A DNA stretch of 64,000 nt from Longimicrobiales bacterium (GTDB lineage Bacteria > Gemmatimonadota > Gemmatimonadetes > Longimicrobiales > Gaopeijiaceae), in assembly GCA_965116905.1 (NCBI GenBank), contig OZ220732.1, forward strand, positions 1,760,001 through 1,824,000, read 5' to 3'. Shown piece by piece: positions 19,559 through 29,629 of this stretch. A program made the translations under genes and the position numbers. The notes beneath the pieces were generated by a model. That model had not been told where the DNA came from, did not search any database, and saw only the letters and a program-made list of their open reading frames with translations. Within the stretch, counting starts at the first letter, position 1, and each line of letters opens with the position of its first letter.

Positions 19559-20830
19559 GTGATCGACGAAGCCTGGCTGCTCGAGACGCTGGCCGGGCTG
19601 GTGGCGATCCCCTCGTGGAAGGGCGACGAAGCCCGGGCTCAGGAGTACGTGGCCGAGGTGATGGACGGGCTGGGTCTGGACGTCGATGTCTGGGAGATCG
19701 ACGAGGCCGAGGTCGGCCGTCATCCGGACTACACCACCGAACTCGAACGGGAACACCCGCTGGGAGTGGTCGGGCGCTGCCGCTTCGCGGAAGGGTCCCC
19801 GGTGGAGGGAGCCCGCGCCGACGAGGGCCCCAGGCTGGTGCTCAACGGCCACGTCGATGTCGTGCCGCCGGGCGACCTCTCGCGCTGGACCACGCCGCCG
19901 TTTCGCATGGACGTTCGCGGCGGTCGTGCGTACGGACGAGGCGTGCTGGACATGAAGGGACCGCTGGTCGCCGGACTCGCAGGGGTCAAGGCGGTGCTCG
20001 ACTCCGGCGTCGGCCTGCGGGGATCGGTTCTGGTCCAGAGCGTCATCGGAGAGGAGGACGGGGGACTGGGGACGCTGGCGTCGGTGCTGCGCGGCCACAC
20101 GGGCGACGGCGCCATCGTGATGGAGCCGACCGGTCTGCGAGTGGCCAACGCCCAGGCGGGGGCGCTCAACTTCCGGCTCACGGTCCCGGGGAAGGCCGCT
20201 CACGGGGCGCTCCGCCACGAGGGAGTGAGCGCGCTGGAGAAGTTCATGCTCGTCTACGGGCACCTGATGGACTTGGAGCGGCTGCGCAATGCCTCTGTGG
20301 GCGACTCCCGCTTCGAATCCAATCCGGTGCCCTACCCCATCTGCATCGGGACCGTGAGAGGGGGGGAGTGGGCGTCGTCGGTGCCGGAAGTGGTCAGGGC
20401 CGAGGGGCGCTTCGGCGTCGGCATACGGGAAGACGTTTACGCAGCCCGCCGGCAGTTCGAAGCCCGGGTGGCGGAGTGCTGCGCGGGGGACGACTTCCTG
20501 CGCGACAACCCGGTCCGCGTCGAGTGGTGGGGTGGCCAGTTCGCTCCCTGCGAGACGCCGGACGATGCGCGGATCGTTGCGGTGGCCCGGTCGGTGGCGC
20601 GCGACCTCGGCGTGGGCGGCGACGGGCTCGCGGCGGTTCCATACGGCTCCGACCTGCGCCACCTCGTCAATGCGGGAGGCACCCCCGGCGTTCTCTTCGG
20701 TCCCGGCGACGTCGCGAACGCGCACCGCGAGGACGAGTCCATCGGGGTGGCCGAACTGGTGGCCGGGGCGCGCGCGGTGGCGCTGGCCGTGGTGCGGTTC
20801 CTTGGGCCTGTAGCCCCGCGGGCGGCCTAG
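19559..20830 (+). CDS. M20 ArgE/DapE-family deacylase
   Basis: LNGHVDVVP, GRGVLDMKG, GEEDGG, GKAAHG, AHREDE. Confidence 0.9.
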   Translation: MIDEAWLLETLAGLVAIPSWKGDEARAQEYVAEVMDGLGLDVDVWEIDEAEVGRHPDYTTELEREHPLGVVGRCRFAEGSPVEGARADEGPRLVLNGHVDVVPPGDLSRWTTPPFRMDVRGGRAYGRGVLDMKGPLVAGLAGVKAVLDSGVGLRGSVLVQSVIGEEDGGLGTLASVLRGHTGDGAIVMEPTGLRVANAQAGALNFRLTVPGKAAHGALRHEGVSALEKFMLVYGHLMDLERLRNASVGDSRFESNPVPYPICIGTVRGGEWASSVPEVVRAEGRFGVGIREDVYAARRQFEARVAECCAGDDFLRDNPVRVEWWGGQFAPCETPDDARIVAVARSVARDLGVGGDGLAAVPYGSDLRHLVNAGGTPGVLFGPGDVANAHREDESIGVAELVAGARAVALAVVRFLGPVAPRAA

Positions 20831-21216
20831 TTCGACTTCGTCGCGGAGAAGTTGCCGCCCTGATCGCCCATCGCCCAGGTCCCGTCCAGGGTGCCCTCTA
20901 CGGCCACGAAATCGATCAGGAGTGGGCCATCCGGTCCCGAGGCCTCGATGGTCACGGCCTGGTCCACCACGGTGACCGCGTTGATCGGAATGGCCGGGAA
21001 GAAGTCGCTCATGATCTGCCCCGTGTATCCGTCCTCGGCCGCTTCGATGGTCATCGAGCCCGGGATGATCTGTCCGTCCACCTCGGCGCTGTAGGCGTAG
21101 GTGCCGACCGGGTCGAAGGGTGGCGGGCCGGAGGGGCCGGTGGCGCAGGAGGCGGCCAGCGTGGCGGCAATCAGGGCAAGGGGGACAGCGAGGGAAAGGG
21201 GGGCGCGTCGGTTCAT
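20827..21216 (-). CDS. Small hypothetical lipoprotein
   Basis: Lipobox LAASC followed by a beta-rich domain (DPVGTY...GTW). Confidence 0.65.
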   Translation of the reverse strand: MNRRAPLSLAVPLALIAATLAASCATGPSGPPPFDPVGTYAYSAEVDGQIIPGSMTIEAAEDGYTGQIMSDFFPAIPINAVTVVDQAVTIEASGPDGPLLIDFVAVEGTLDGTWAMGDQGGNFSATKSN

Positions 21217-21251
21217 GCGGGGACTCGCTTGCGTGTGGGAATGGTCTGGGT

Positions 21252-22052
21252 TCATCGGCGTCTCCAGGTCGGCACATCCGCCGGATCCACGCCGCTGCGC
21301 CGGGCGAAATCGTCGATCAGCGCCCGGGCTATGCTGTATCCGGGCGGCACCGGGGGCAAGGCGTCGGCGGTGAACCAGCCCACGTCCTCCAGCTCGCCGT
21401 CCAGGTTTTGCAGCGTGCCGTTCTCGTACGCCGCGGTAAAGCCCACCATCAGGGAGTCGGGGAAGGGCCAGGGCTGACTGCCGAAGTACCGGACATCGGT
21501 GACGCGAATCCCCGACTCCTCCTCGATTTCGCGGCGAACCGCGTCCTCCAGACTCTCGCCCGGGTCGACGAAGCCCGCGAGCACCGAGTACGAGCCGCTC
21601 GGATGGCGGCGCGAGCGTCCGAGCAGGATCTCCGTGCCACGGGTCACCTGCACGATCACGGCGGGCGACACCTTCGGGAAGATGAGATGGCGGCAGGCGG
21701 GACACCGCATCGCCTTGTGATGCTCCGCGCCGCTGGTGGCGGTTCCGCACACCCCGCAGAAGCGCGACGTCCGTCTCCACCTGGCAAGGTGAGCCGCGGT
21801 GAGCGCCAGCCACAGCTCGGGCTCGGAGAGTATCCCGAGCACCGCTCGCAACCCGACGGGGGCGACACCCGGCGGTGGTTGCCAGTCCGGCTCGGCCAGG
21901 GCGGCGGTGGCGTGCGCACCCGAGTTCGGGGCGTGCACCGGAAACCAGTCGAGGTCCCCCACCCCCCAGTCGTTCACGTCACCCACGGACGGCAGTTCGG
22001 CGGCGTCTCCGGCAAGGACGAGTCGGTCGCGGACGAACAGGCAGGCTCTCAT
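21252..22052 (-). CDS. nudC: NAD(H) diphosphatase NudC
   Basis: FCGVCG/CPAC zinc ribbon; Nudix box GFVDPGESLEDAVRREIEEESG; SQPWPFP. Confidence 0.93.
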   Translation of the reverse strand: MRACLFVRDRLVLAGDAAELPSVGDVNDWGVGDLDWFPVHAPNSGAHATAALAEPDWQPPPGVAPVGLRAVLGILSEPELWLALTAAHLARWRRTSRFCGVCGTATSGAEHHKAMRCPACRHLIFPKVSPAVIVQVTRGTEILLGRSRRHPSGSYSVLAGFVDPGESLEDAVRREIEEESGIRVTDVRYFGSQPWPFPDSLMVGFTAAYENGTLQNLDGELEDVGWFTADALPPVPPGYSIARALIDDFARRSGVDPADVPTWRRR

Positions 22053-22128
22053 GATCCACCAAACGTACGCAATCGGGGGCCGGGCGGTGTGCCTGTTCGC
22101 CGACGGGCGGCGTGTCTATTGTCAACAC

Positions 22129-23670
22129 ATGGAAACTGTTCACCTCAACTCACGTCCCGCGTGGGCCAAGGTGGTCGACCAGACCCGGTGCATCGGCTGC
22201 CACGCCTGCACCACGGCCTGCAAGTCCGAGAATGAAGTCCCCCTCTCGGTCACGCGAACGTACGTCAAATACGTCGACACCGGCCTCTTCCCCGAGGCCC
22301 GGCGGTCCTTCCAGGTCACGCGCTGCAACCAGTGCGAGGCGCCCCCGTGCGTGGACGCGTGCCCCACGGCGGCGATGTTCAAGCGGTCCGACGGGATCGT
22401 CGACTTCGACAAGAGCGCGTGCATCGGATGCAAGGCCTGCATCGCGGCCTGCCCGTACGACGCGATCTTCATCAACCCGTCCGACGGCGCGGCCGAGAAG
22501 TGCAACTTCTGCGCGCACCGGATCGACGTGGGTCTGGAGCCCGCGTGCGTGGTGGTCTGCCCGACGGAGGCCCTGCTGGTGGGCGACATGAACGACCCGT
22601 CGTCGAAGGTGGCGGCGATCATCAACCGCGATCCGGTGGCGGTGCGGCGGCCCGAGAAGGAGACGAAGCCGAAGCTGTACTACAAGGGCGGCGACCAGGT
22701 GACCCTCGACCCGCTCGCGGCACGGCGTCCGGATGGCGGCCTCTTCATGTGGAGCGAGCAGGGCGAGGTGGAGCACGGTGTGCCGTCAGGACATCCGGGG
22801 CCCTGGAACTCGTCGGCGGCCGCAGTGCTCAGCTACGACATTCCCCACCGCGCCCCCTGGGATTTCCGCGTCTCGCTGTATACCTGGACCAAGTCCATCG
22901 CGGCGGGTGCGTACCTGGTGCCGCTCCTCCTGCTCCTCACCGGTGCGCTGACGCCCGGCCATCCGCTGTGGACATTCGCGGCGCCGATCCTGGCCGGTGT
23001 CTTTCTCGCGCTCACGGGCGCCATTCTGATCTGGGATCTGGATCACCCCGAGCGCTTCCACCTCATCTTCCGCCGCCCCCAGTGGCGAAGCTGGCTGGTG
23101 CGGGGCGGTTTCATCATCGGCGGCTACGGGGCCGCGCTCGCGGGCCACTTCGCGGCGGCGCTGACCGGCGTGTCCCCGCCTTCCTGGCTCGGCTGGGTCG
23201 GGGGCGGTCTCGCGGTCCTCACAGCGGTGTACACGGCCTTCCTCTTCGGCCAGGCCAAGGCGCGCGACATGTGGCAGAACCCGCTGCTGCCGGCACACTT
23301 CCTCGTGCAGGCGGGGGTCGCCGGCGGGGCCGTGACCGCGCTTGCCGCGCTCGTGTTCGAGGGCTCGGGAGCCGTCACGGGGGCCGTCACGGAGGCCGCG
23401 CTGTCGGTCTTCGCCGTGGCCAGCGCGGCGCACGCCCTCATGATCGCCGGCGAGGTTCTCATGCCGCCGCCCACCGCGCACGCACGCCTCGCCGAACGCG
23501 AGATGACGCACGGCCGCTTCTGCGGCTGGTTCCGGGTGGGCCTCGTCGGCGCGCTGGTCGGGGCCGCGGCTCCCTGGCTCGGCTGGGTGGCGGTGCCGGT
23601 CGGGCTCGCCGCGCTGCTCGCCTATGAGCACGCCTACGTCCAGGCCGGACAGTCGGTGCCGCTGGCATGA
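22129..23670 (+). CDS. Fused 4x[4Fe-4S] electron-transfer subunit (NrfC/PsrB-like) + NrfD/PsrC-like membrane anchor
   Basis: CIGCHACTTAC, CNQCEAPPCVDACP, CIGCKACIAACP, KCNFC...CVVVCP; then TM domain with DLDHPERF, WQNPLLP. Confidence 0.9.
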   Translation: METVHLNSRPAWAKVVDQTRCIGCHACTTACKSENEVPLSVTRTYVKYVDTGLFPEARRSFQVTRCNQCEAPPCVDACPTAAMFKRSDGIVDFDKSACIGCKACIAACPYDAIFINPSDGAAEKCNFCAHRIDVGLEPACVVVCPTEALLVGDMNDPSSKVAAIINRDPVAVRRPEKETKPKLYYKGGDQVTLDPLAARRPDGGLFMWSEQGEVEHGVPSGHPGPWNSSAAAVLSYDIPHRAPWDFRVSLYTWTKSIAAGAYLVPLLLLLTGALTPGHPLWTFAAPILAGVFLALTGAILIWDLDHPERFHLIFRRPQWRSWLVRGGFIIGGYGAALAGHFAAALTGVSPPSWLGWVGGGLAVLTAVYTAFLFGQAKARDMWQNPLLPAHFLVQAGVAGGAVTALAALVFEGSGAVTGAVTEAALSVFAVASAAHALMIAGEVLMPPPTAHARLAEREMTHGRFCGWFRVGLVGALVGAAAPWLGWVAVPVGLAALLAYEHAYVQAGQSVPLA

Positions 23671-26615
23671 GCGGTGACGGTGGGGCGCGGCGCCGCACGG
23701 TCGACGACCTGAACCGCCGGGTGTCCGCCTCCCGGGCCGACGTTGAAGCCCGCGGCGAGACCTTCTACCCCGGCGCGAGCCGCGTTCACCTCGCCGCCTT
23801 TCCGCCGAAGGAGCGCTGGAGCGACTGGGTCGAACTGGATTCGAAGGCGTGGCCGGAGCGCGTGGAGCGCCGCTACATGCTCGTTCCGACGACCTGCTTC
23901 AACTGCGAGTCCGCGTGCGGTCTTCTCGCGTACGTCGACCGCGACACCCTCGAGGTGCGCAAGTTCGAGGGCAATCCGGAGCATCCGGGGTCGCGGGGGC
24001 GGAACTGCGCCAAGGGGCCCGCCACCGTAACGCAGCTCACCGATCCCGACCGGATCCTCACCCCGCTCAAGCGCGCCGGAGGCAGGGGCGAGGGGAAGTG
24101 GGAGCGGGTGGGCTGGGACGAGGCGCTGGACGACATCGCCGGACGGATCCGGGCCGCCATGGACGAGGACCGGCACCGCGAGGTGATGTACCACGTCGGA
24201 CGTCCCGGCGAAGACGGCTTCACGGAGAGGACGCTGGCGGCGTGGGGCGTGGATGGTCACAACTCTCATACAAACATCTGTTCTTCGGGCGCCCGCATGG
24301 GTTACCACCTGTGGATGGGGATGGACAGGCCCAGCCCCGACCACGAGAACGCCGACGTCATTCTGCTGGTCAGCAGTCACCTGGAGGCCGGCCACTACTT
24401 CAACCCGCACGCCCAGCGCGTGATGGAGGGCAAGAAGCGCGGGGCGAGGCTGATCGTCTTCGACACGCGGCTTTCCAACACCGCGACGCACGCGGATCAC
24501 TGGCTGTCGACCTACCCCGGTTCCGAGGCCGCGGTGCTGCTCGCGGTCGCGAACCACCTGATCCGCACCGGCCGCTACAACGAGGGCTTCGTCGAGCGCT
24601 GGTGGAACTGGCGCGAGTACCTGGAGGAGAACCATTCCGGCGAGCCGGCCACCTTCGAGGCCTTCAAGTCGGTGCTCGGCGGGCTCTACGCCGACTTCAC
24701 GTTCGAGTTCGCGGCCGCGGAGAGCGGCGTTTCAGCTGAAACGATCGAGGCGGTGGCGGAGACCGTCGCGGGCGCGGGCACCCGGCTGTCGACGCACAAC
24801 TGGCGCAGCGCCGCGGCCGGCAACCTGGGCGGCTGGCAGGTGGCGCGCGCGCTGTTCCTGCTGAACGCGCTGATGGGCGCGATCGCGGTGCCCGGCGGGA
24901 CCTATCCCAATTCGTGGAACAAGTTCGTGCCGCGGCCGATCCGCATGCCCGCGCAGCACCCGAAGCGCTGGAACGACCTGACGTGGCCGTCCGACTATCC
25001 GCTGAGCCTCATGGAGATGTCGTTCCTTCTGCCGCACCTCACGGCCGAGCGGGACGGGCGTCTCGACGTCTATTTCACCCGCGTGTACAACCCGGTGTGG
25101 ACCAATCCCGACGGCTTTTCGTGGATCGAGATGCTGACCGACCCGGAGCGGATCGGGCTGCATGTCGCGCTCACCCCGACCTGGAACGAGACCGCGTTCT
25201 TCGCCGACTACGTGCTCCCCATGGGCCACTCTTCGGAGCGCCACGACCTGACTTCGTACGAGCAGTACGACGGCTATTGGCTCGGCTTCCGGCAGCCGGT
25301 GCTGCGCGCCGCGCGCGAGCGGCTGGGCGAGGATGTGGCGTCCACGCGGGACGTGACGCCGGGGGAAGTGTGGGAGGAGAACGAGTTCTGGATCGAGCTG
25401 ACGTGGCGGATCGATCCGGACGGCTCGCGGGGGATCCGCAAGTTCTTCGAGTCGCGCAAGCGCCCGGGCGAGAAGATGACCGTGGACGAGTACTACGGCT
25501 GGATCTTCGAAAACTCGGTCCCGGGGCTGCCGGAGAAGGCCGCGCGCGAGGGCCTGACGCCGCTGGCGTACATGCGCCGGTACGGGGCGTTCGAGATCAG
25601 CCGCGGAGTGGGCGCGGTCTACGAGGGGCGGGTTCCGGAGGCGGAGCTCGAGGACGTGCATGTCGACGCGGGCGGGCGGGCGTACACGCGGGCCGCCGCG
25701 CCTCCGTCGCCGAACGTGGTGCCGCTGCCGCCGCTCGACGGCGATGCGGAAGGGCGCCGGCGAGTGGGCGTGGAAGTCGAAGGCGTGGTCCGTCGCGGGT
25801 TCCCGACGCCCACCGGCCGGCTCGAGTTCTGGTCGCGCACGCTGTCCGAGTGGGGCTGGCCGGAGATGGCCGTGCCGGGTTACGTGCGCAGCCATGTGCA
25901 CAGGGCGAACCTGGAACGGGATCAGATGTGCCTGATTTCCACGTTCCGCCTGCCGGTGCAGATTCACACGCGCAGCGCCAACGCCAAGTGGCTGAACGAA
26001 ATCGCTCACACCAACCCGTTGTGGCTGCATCCCCGCGATGCCGATCGTCTCGGGGTGGGAACGGGGGATCTGGTCCGCGTGGAGACCGGGATCGGTCACT
26101 TCGTGGTGAAGGCCTGGGTGACCGAGGGGATCCACCCCGGCGTCGTGGCGTGCTCGCACCACATGGGTCGGTGGAAGACGGGCGAAGGACCGCGCCAGAC
26201 GATGGCGACCGTCGCGCTCAGCCGTGAGGGAAGCGGATGGGGGATGAAGAGAAAGAACGGCACCGGACCCTTCCGCTCCGACGACCCCGACACATCGCGA
26301 ATCTGGTGGGCGGACGTCGGCGTGCACCAGAACATGACGTTCCCCGTGCAGCCCGATCCCATATCCGGGGCGCACTGCTGGCATCAGGCGGTCACGGTGA
26401 AGAGGGCGGAGCAGGGCGACCGCTACGGTGACATCGTGGTCGACACGGAGCGGTCGCGCCGCGCCTTCCGCCGCTGGCTGAAGCTGGCTCGCCCGGCCGG
26501 GCTCCACTCGCCGGACGGAACCCGCCGTCCCTACTGGCTGCTGCGGCCGGTGCGGCCTGAGCGGGAGGCGTTTCGGCTGCGCGGCGCGGACGAGGATCGA
26601 CAGCGCGGCGCCTGA
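23667..26615 (+). CDS. Molybdopterin (Mo/W-bisPGD) oxidoreductase catalytic subunit, substrate unknown
   Basis: CFNCESACG...NCAKG Fe-S motif; HTNICSS putative Cys ligand; ADYVLP; C-terminal WLHPRDA...GDLVRV molydop-binding domain. Confidence 0.92.
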   Translation: MSGDGGARRRTVDDLNRRVSASRADVEARGETFYPGASRVHLAAFPPKERWSDWVELDSKAWPERVERRYMLVPTTCFNCESACGLLAYVDRDTLEVRKFEGNPEHPGSRGRNCAKGPATVTQLTDPDRILTPLKRAGGRGEGKWERVGWDEALDDIAGRIRAAMDEDRHREVMYHVGRPGEDGFTERTLAAWGVDGHNSHTNICSSGARMGYHLWMGMDRPSPDHENADVILLVSSHLEAGHYFNPHAQRVMEGKKRGARLIVFDTRLSNTATHADHWLSTYPGSEAAVLLAVANHLIRTGRYNEGFVERWWNWREYLEENHSGEPATFEAFKSVLGGLYADFTFEFAAAESGVSAETIEAVAETVAGAGTRLSTHNWRSAAAGNLGGWQVARALFLLNALMGAIAVPGGTYPNSWNKFVPRPIRMPAQHPKRWNDLTWPSDYPLSLMEMSFLLPHLTAERDGRLDVYFTRVYNPVWTNPDGFSWIEMLTDPERIGLHVALTPTWNETAFFADYVLPMGHSSERHDLTSYEQYDGYWLGFRQPVLRAARERLGEDVASTRDVTPGEVWEENEFWIELTWRIDPDGSRGIRKFFESRKRPGEKMTVDEYYGWIFENSVPGLPEKAAREGLTPLAYMRRYGAFEISRGVGAVYEGRVPEAELEDVHVDAGGRAYTRAAAPPSPNVVPLPPLDGDAEGRRRVGVEVEGVVRRGFPTPTGRLEFWSRTLSEWGWPEMAVPGYVRSHVHRANLERDQMCLISTFRLPVQIHTRSANAKWLNEIAHTNPLWLHPRDADRLGVGTGDLVRVETGIGHFVVKAWVTEGIHPGVVACSHHMGRWKTGEGPRQTMATVALSREGSGWGMKRKNGTGPFRSDDPDTSRIWWADVGVHQNMTFPVQPDPISGAHCWHQAVTVKRAEQGDRYGDIVVDTERSRRAFRRWLKLARPAGLHSPDGTRRPYWLLRPVRPEREAFRLRGADEDRQRGA

Positions 26616-26622
26616 TTCCGCC

Positions 26623-27534
26623 ATGGAACTTCTCCGCGCGCTCGGCTCACTGATCGAGCCCCCCTCCCGCGAGCACGCGCGGATCGCGGAGGTCCTCGGC
26701 ATGCCTGCCCCGCCGGCTCCGGCCGTGCACGGGACGGTGGTCGCCTTCCAGCGCTACCCCTACGCGTCGGTGTACCTGGGGCCCGAGGGGATGATGGGCG
26801 GCGAAGCCCGCGACCGGGTGGCGGGGTTTCGCCGGGCGCTGGGTGTCGAAGCGGCGGCGGAGGAAGACCACCTCACCTCGCTGCTGGCGCTTCTGGCCGC
26901 GCTCGACGGATGGCAGCGGCAAGAGCGTGCCGAAGCACGGCGCGTGCTCCTGCGCCAGGCCCGCGTGACCCTGGTCTGGGAACACATGGTGTCCTGGCTC
27001 GGCCCCTACCTGGCAAGTTTCGAGGGGTGCGGCGACGCGTTCTACGAGGCGTGGGCGGCACTGCTCGGTGAGGCGCTGGACGAGGTGACGGGCGAAATGG
27101 AGCGCCCGCGCTACCTGCCGGCCGCCCTGCGCGCGGCACCGGGGCTCGCGGATCCGCGCCGGGAAGGGGGCGCCGCGTTCGTCTCGTCGCTGCTGGCGCC
27201 GGTGCGCTCCGGCGTGATCGTCGTGCGCGACGACCTGGTCCGGCTCGGGGAAGAGGTGGGGCTGGCCTGCCGCGCGGGAGAACGGCGATACGTGTTGCGG
27301 TCGTTCTTCGCGCAGGACCCGGCCGGAACGCTGCGGTGGCTGGCCAGCCACGCGAGAGGGTGGGGCGCGCGGGTCGCCGGGCGGGGACCGGAGCCGATTG
27401 CGCGCTGGTGGGCCACGAGGGCGGGGGAGTGCGCGCGGCTGCTGGCCGGGCTGGCGGCGGGGGTAGTCAAGGGGGCGGTGGCCGAGGAGGCGGTGGCCGA
27501 GGAGGAGGCCGCGGCCGGGGTGACCGGGGAGTGA
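26623..27534 (+). CDS. TorD/DmsD-family redox enzyme maturation chaperone
   Basis: PYASVY, EEDHL, EHMVSW motifs; adjacent to the Mo enzyme. Confidence 0.82.
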   Translation: MELLRALGSLIEPPSREHARIAEVLGMPAPPAPAVHGTVVAFQRYPYASVYLGPEGMMGGEARDRVAGFRRALGVEAAAEEDHLTSLLALLAALDGWQRQERAEARRVLLRQARVTLVWEHMVSWLGPYLASFEGCGDAFYEAWAALLGEALDEVTGEMERPRYLPAALRAAPGLADPRREGGAAFVSSLLAPVRSGVIVVRDDLVRLGEEVGLACRAGERRYVLRSFFAQDPAGTLRWLASHARGWGARVAGRGPEPIARWWATRAGECARLLAGLAAGVVKGAVAEEAVAEEEAAAGVTGE

Positions 27535-29105
27535 GCGTGAGGGGGGTGGGGAGGCGGGGGGGCGGGGATCCGGTCGTGGGAGCGGCGGCGTGGGCCACGC
27601 GCCGCGCGACGTCCCGGGATCTGGTCGCGGGCCTGAGCGTCACCCTTCTGATCATTCCCCAGAGCATGGCGTACGCCGAACTGGCGGGGCTGCCGAGTGT
27701 GCACGGCCTCTACGCTTCGGCACTGCCCTTGCTGGCGGCCGGGCTGTTCGCTTCCTGCCCGTACCTGCAGTCGGGTCCCGTCGCTCTCACTGCGCTGCTT
27801 ACCCACGGCGCCCTCGTCACCATTGCAACGCCCGGGAGCCCGGAGTATGTGGGCGCGGCGGCCCTTCTCGCCCTGATCGTGGGCATCACGCGGCTGGCGA
27901 TCGCGCTGGTGCATGCCGGCAAGGTCACCTACCTGATGTCACAGCCGGTGGTCAGGGGATTCACCTCCGGGGCGGCCATTCTCATCCTGTTGTCGCAGTT
28001 CCCGTCCGCGCTGGGCCTGACGGCGTCCGGAGAGAGCGGGCTCGTCGGGAACACGATCCAGGCGCTTCTCGGTCCGGGCGCGTGGAATGTCGCCGCCATC
28101 GTGCTCACGGTGCTCACGGTGCTGATTACGCTGCTGGCCCGCAGGATTCACCCGCTGTTCCCCGGAGCGCTTGTCGCCGTCCTGGGCGGCGTTCTCTTTG
28201 CCACGCTGGCCGGCTACCAGGGACCGATCGTGGGGACCATTCCCGGCTCGCTGCCCCCCATCAGCCTCGCTCTGCCCTGGAATCTGGTGCCGGCGCTGTT
28301 CGTGCCGGGCGTGGTCATCGCCCTGGTAGGCTTCGCCGAGACCACTGCGATCGCCCGCAGCTTCGCAACACACGACCGCGCGCGGTGGAGCCCCGACCGG
28401 GAGTTCCTCGCCCAGGGAGCCGCCAACGTCGTCTCCGGAGTCTGCGGGGGCATGCCCGTGGACGGCTCTCTTTCGCGCAGCAGCCTGAACCACCTTTCCG
28501 GTGCCGGCACCCGATGGTCCGGGGCCATCACCGGCGTTGCCGTACTGCTGTTCCTGCCCTTCGCAGGTGTGCTCTCGGCCCTCCCGAAGGCGGTATTGGC
28601 GGGGATCGTGATCGCGGCGGTCGGCGGCCTCGTGCGCCCGCGCCTGCTGATCAACATCTGGACGCTGTCGCGGATTCAGGCGCTGGTGGTCTGGTTCACG
28701 CTCGCCCTGTGCCTGCTGCTCGCCCCCCGGATCGAGCAGGCCCTGCTGCTGGGCATCCTGTTGTCCCTCGCGATTCACGTCTGGCGTGAGCGGCGGGCCG
28801 GATTCGACAGCTGGATCGAGGACGGCGTCCTGCACCTGGAGGTCAAGGGCATCCTCTGGTTCGCCTCCGCGCCGCGGCTGGAGGAAGCGCTGATGAGCAG
28901 ACTCACGGACGCAGGCGCGGTCTCCGAGGTGGTCATCCACCTGGAAGGCCTGGGACGCATCGATCTCACCGGGGCTCTTGTGCTCAAGCGTGTGGTAGAG
29001 GAGACTCGGGCGATGGGCATTCCCTCTTCATTGCGGGGAGTGCCGCCTCAGGCACGGGAGCTGATCGACAACATCTTCGGGATGCCGCCGGCCACATACC
29101 TGTAG
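27531..29105 (+). CDS. SulP/SLC26 anion transporter with STAS domain
   Basis: DLVAGLS...PQSMAYAELAGLP..GLY; GFTSG; SLSRS; C-terminal LWFASA...RIDLTG. Confidence 0.92.
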   Translation: MSVRGVGRRGGGDPVVGAAAWATRRATSRDLVAGLSVTLLIIPQSMAYAELAGLPSVHGLYASALPLLAAGLFASCPYLQSGPVALTALLTHGALVTIATPGSPEYVGAAALLALIVGITRLAIALVHAGKVTYLMSQPVVRGFTSGAAILILLSQFPSALGLTASGESGLVGNTIQALLGPGAWNVAAIVLTVLTVLITLLARRIHPLFPGALVAVLGGVLFATLAGYQGPIVGTIPGSLPPISLALPWNLVPALFVPGVVIALVGFAETTAIARSFATHDRARWSPDREFLAQGAANVVSGVCGGMPVDGSLSRSSLNHLSGAGTRWSGAITGVAVLLFLPFAGVLSALPKAVLAGIVIAAVGGLVRPRLLINIWTLSRIQALVVWFTLALCLLLAPRIEQALLLGILLSLAIHVWRERRAGFDSWIEDGVLHLEVKGILWFASAPRLEEALMSRLTDAGAVSEVVIHLEGLGRIDLTGALVLKRVVEETRAMGIPSSLRGVPPQARELIDNIFGMPPATYL

Positions 29106-29115
29106 GAGCCAGGAC

Positions 29116-29619
29116 ATGGACAAGCTGATTCTCGCACTGCTCGCGACCGGAGCGTTGACCCAGCATCCCGCCGGTATCCATATCTCCAGCGCGGATATTC
29201 GCGCGACAATCGACAGTGCCCCGGAGGGGAGGGTCAGCGACCAGCAGATCCGGCACATCGATGCGGGCGGACACAACGTCGGCGTCGGCGTCGTTCAGCG
29301 GCCGCCCTCCACGTCACTGGGCGCCATTCAGCACCACAACCAGACCGAGGTCTATTACGTGGTGTCGGGGCGCGGGACGCTGGTGACGGGCGGCGTACTT
29401 TCGGGGGGCCGCCGGCTGGATCCTGAAGGGACCGTGGTGCGGACGCTCACCGGCCCGAGTTCGGTGGGCGGCATCGACGGCGGGGTAAGTCGTGAGGTCG
29501 GTCCGGGGGACATGGTCATCATCCCGGCGGATTCGCCCCACGGATTCAGCGAGATCACCGAGACGATCACCTACATTGTCGTGCGGGTGGATCCCGATCA
29601 GCTGGTGGAGTTGAAATAG
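29116..29619 (+). CDS. Secreted cupin-domain protein
   Basis: Signal-like N-terminus; [16 protein letters not shown] and [14 protein letters not shown] cupin motifs. Confidence 0.82.
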   Translation: MDKLILALLATGALTQHPAGIHISSADIRATIDSAPEGRVSDQQIRHIDAGGHNVGVGVVQRPPSTSLGAIQHHNQTEVYYVVSGRGTLVTGGVLSGGRRLDPEGTVVRTLTGPSSVGGIDGGVSREVGPGDMVIIPADSPHGFSEITETITYIVVRVDPDQLVELK

Positions 29620-29629
29620 GAGGAGCCCC

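Noticed and set aside
23667..26615. Naming the Mo enzyme as psrA/fdh/dmsA/arrA
   Set aside because: Motifs are insufficient to assign a substrate without phylogeny
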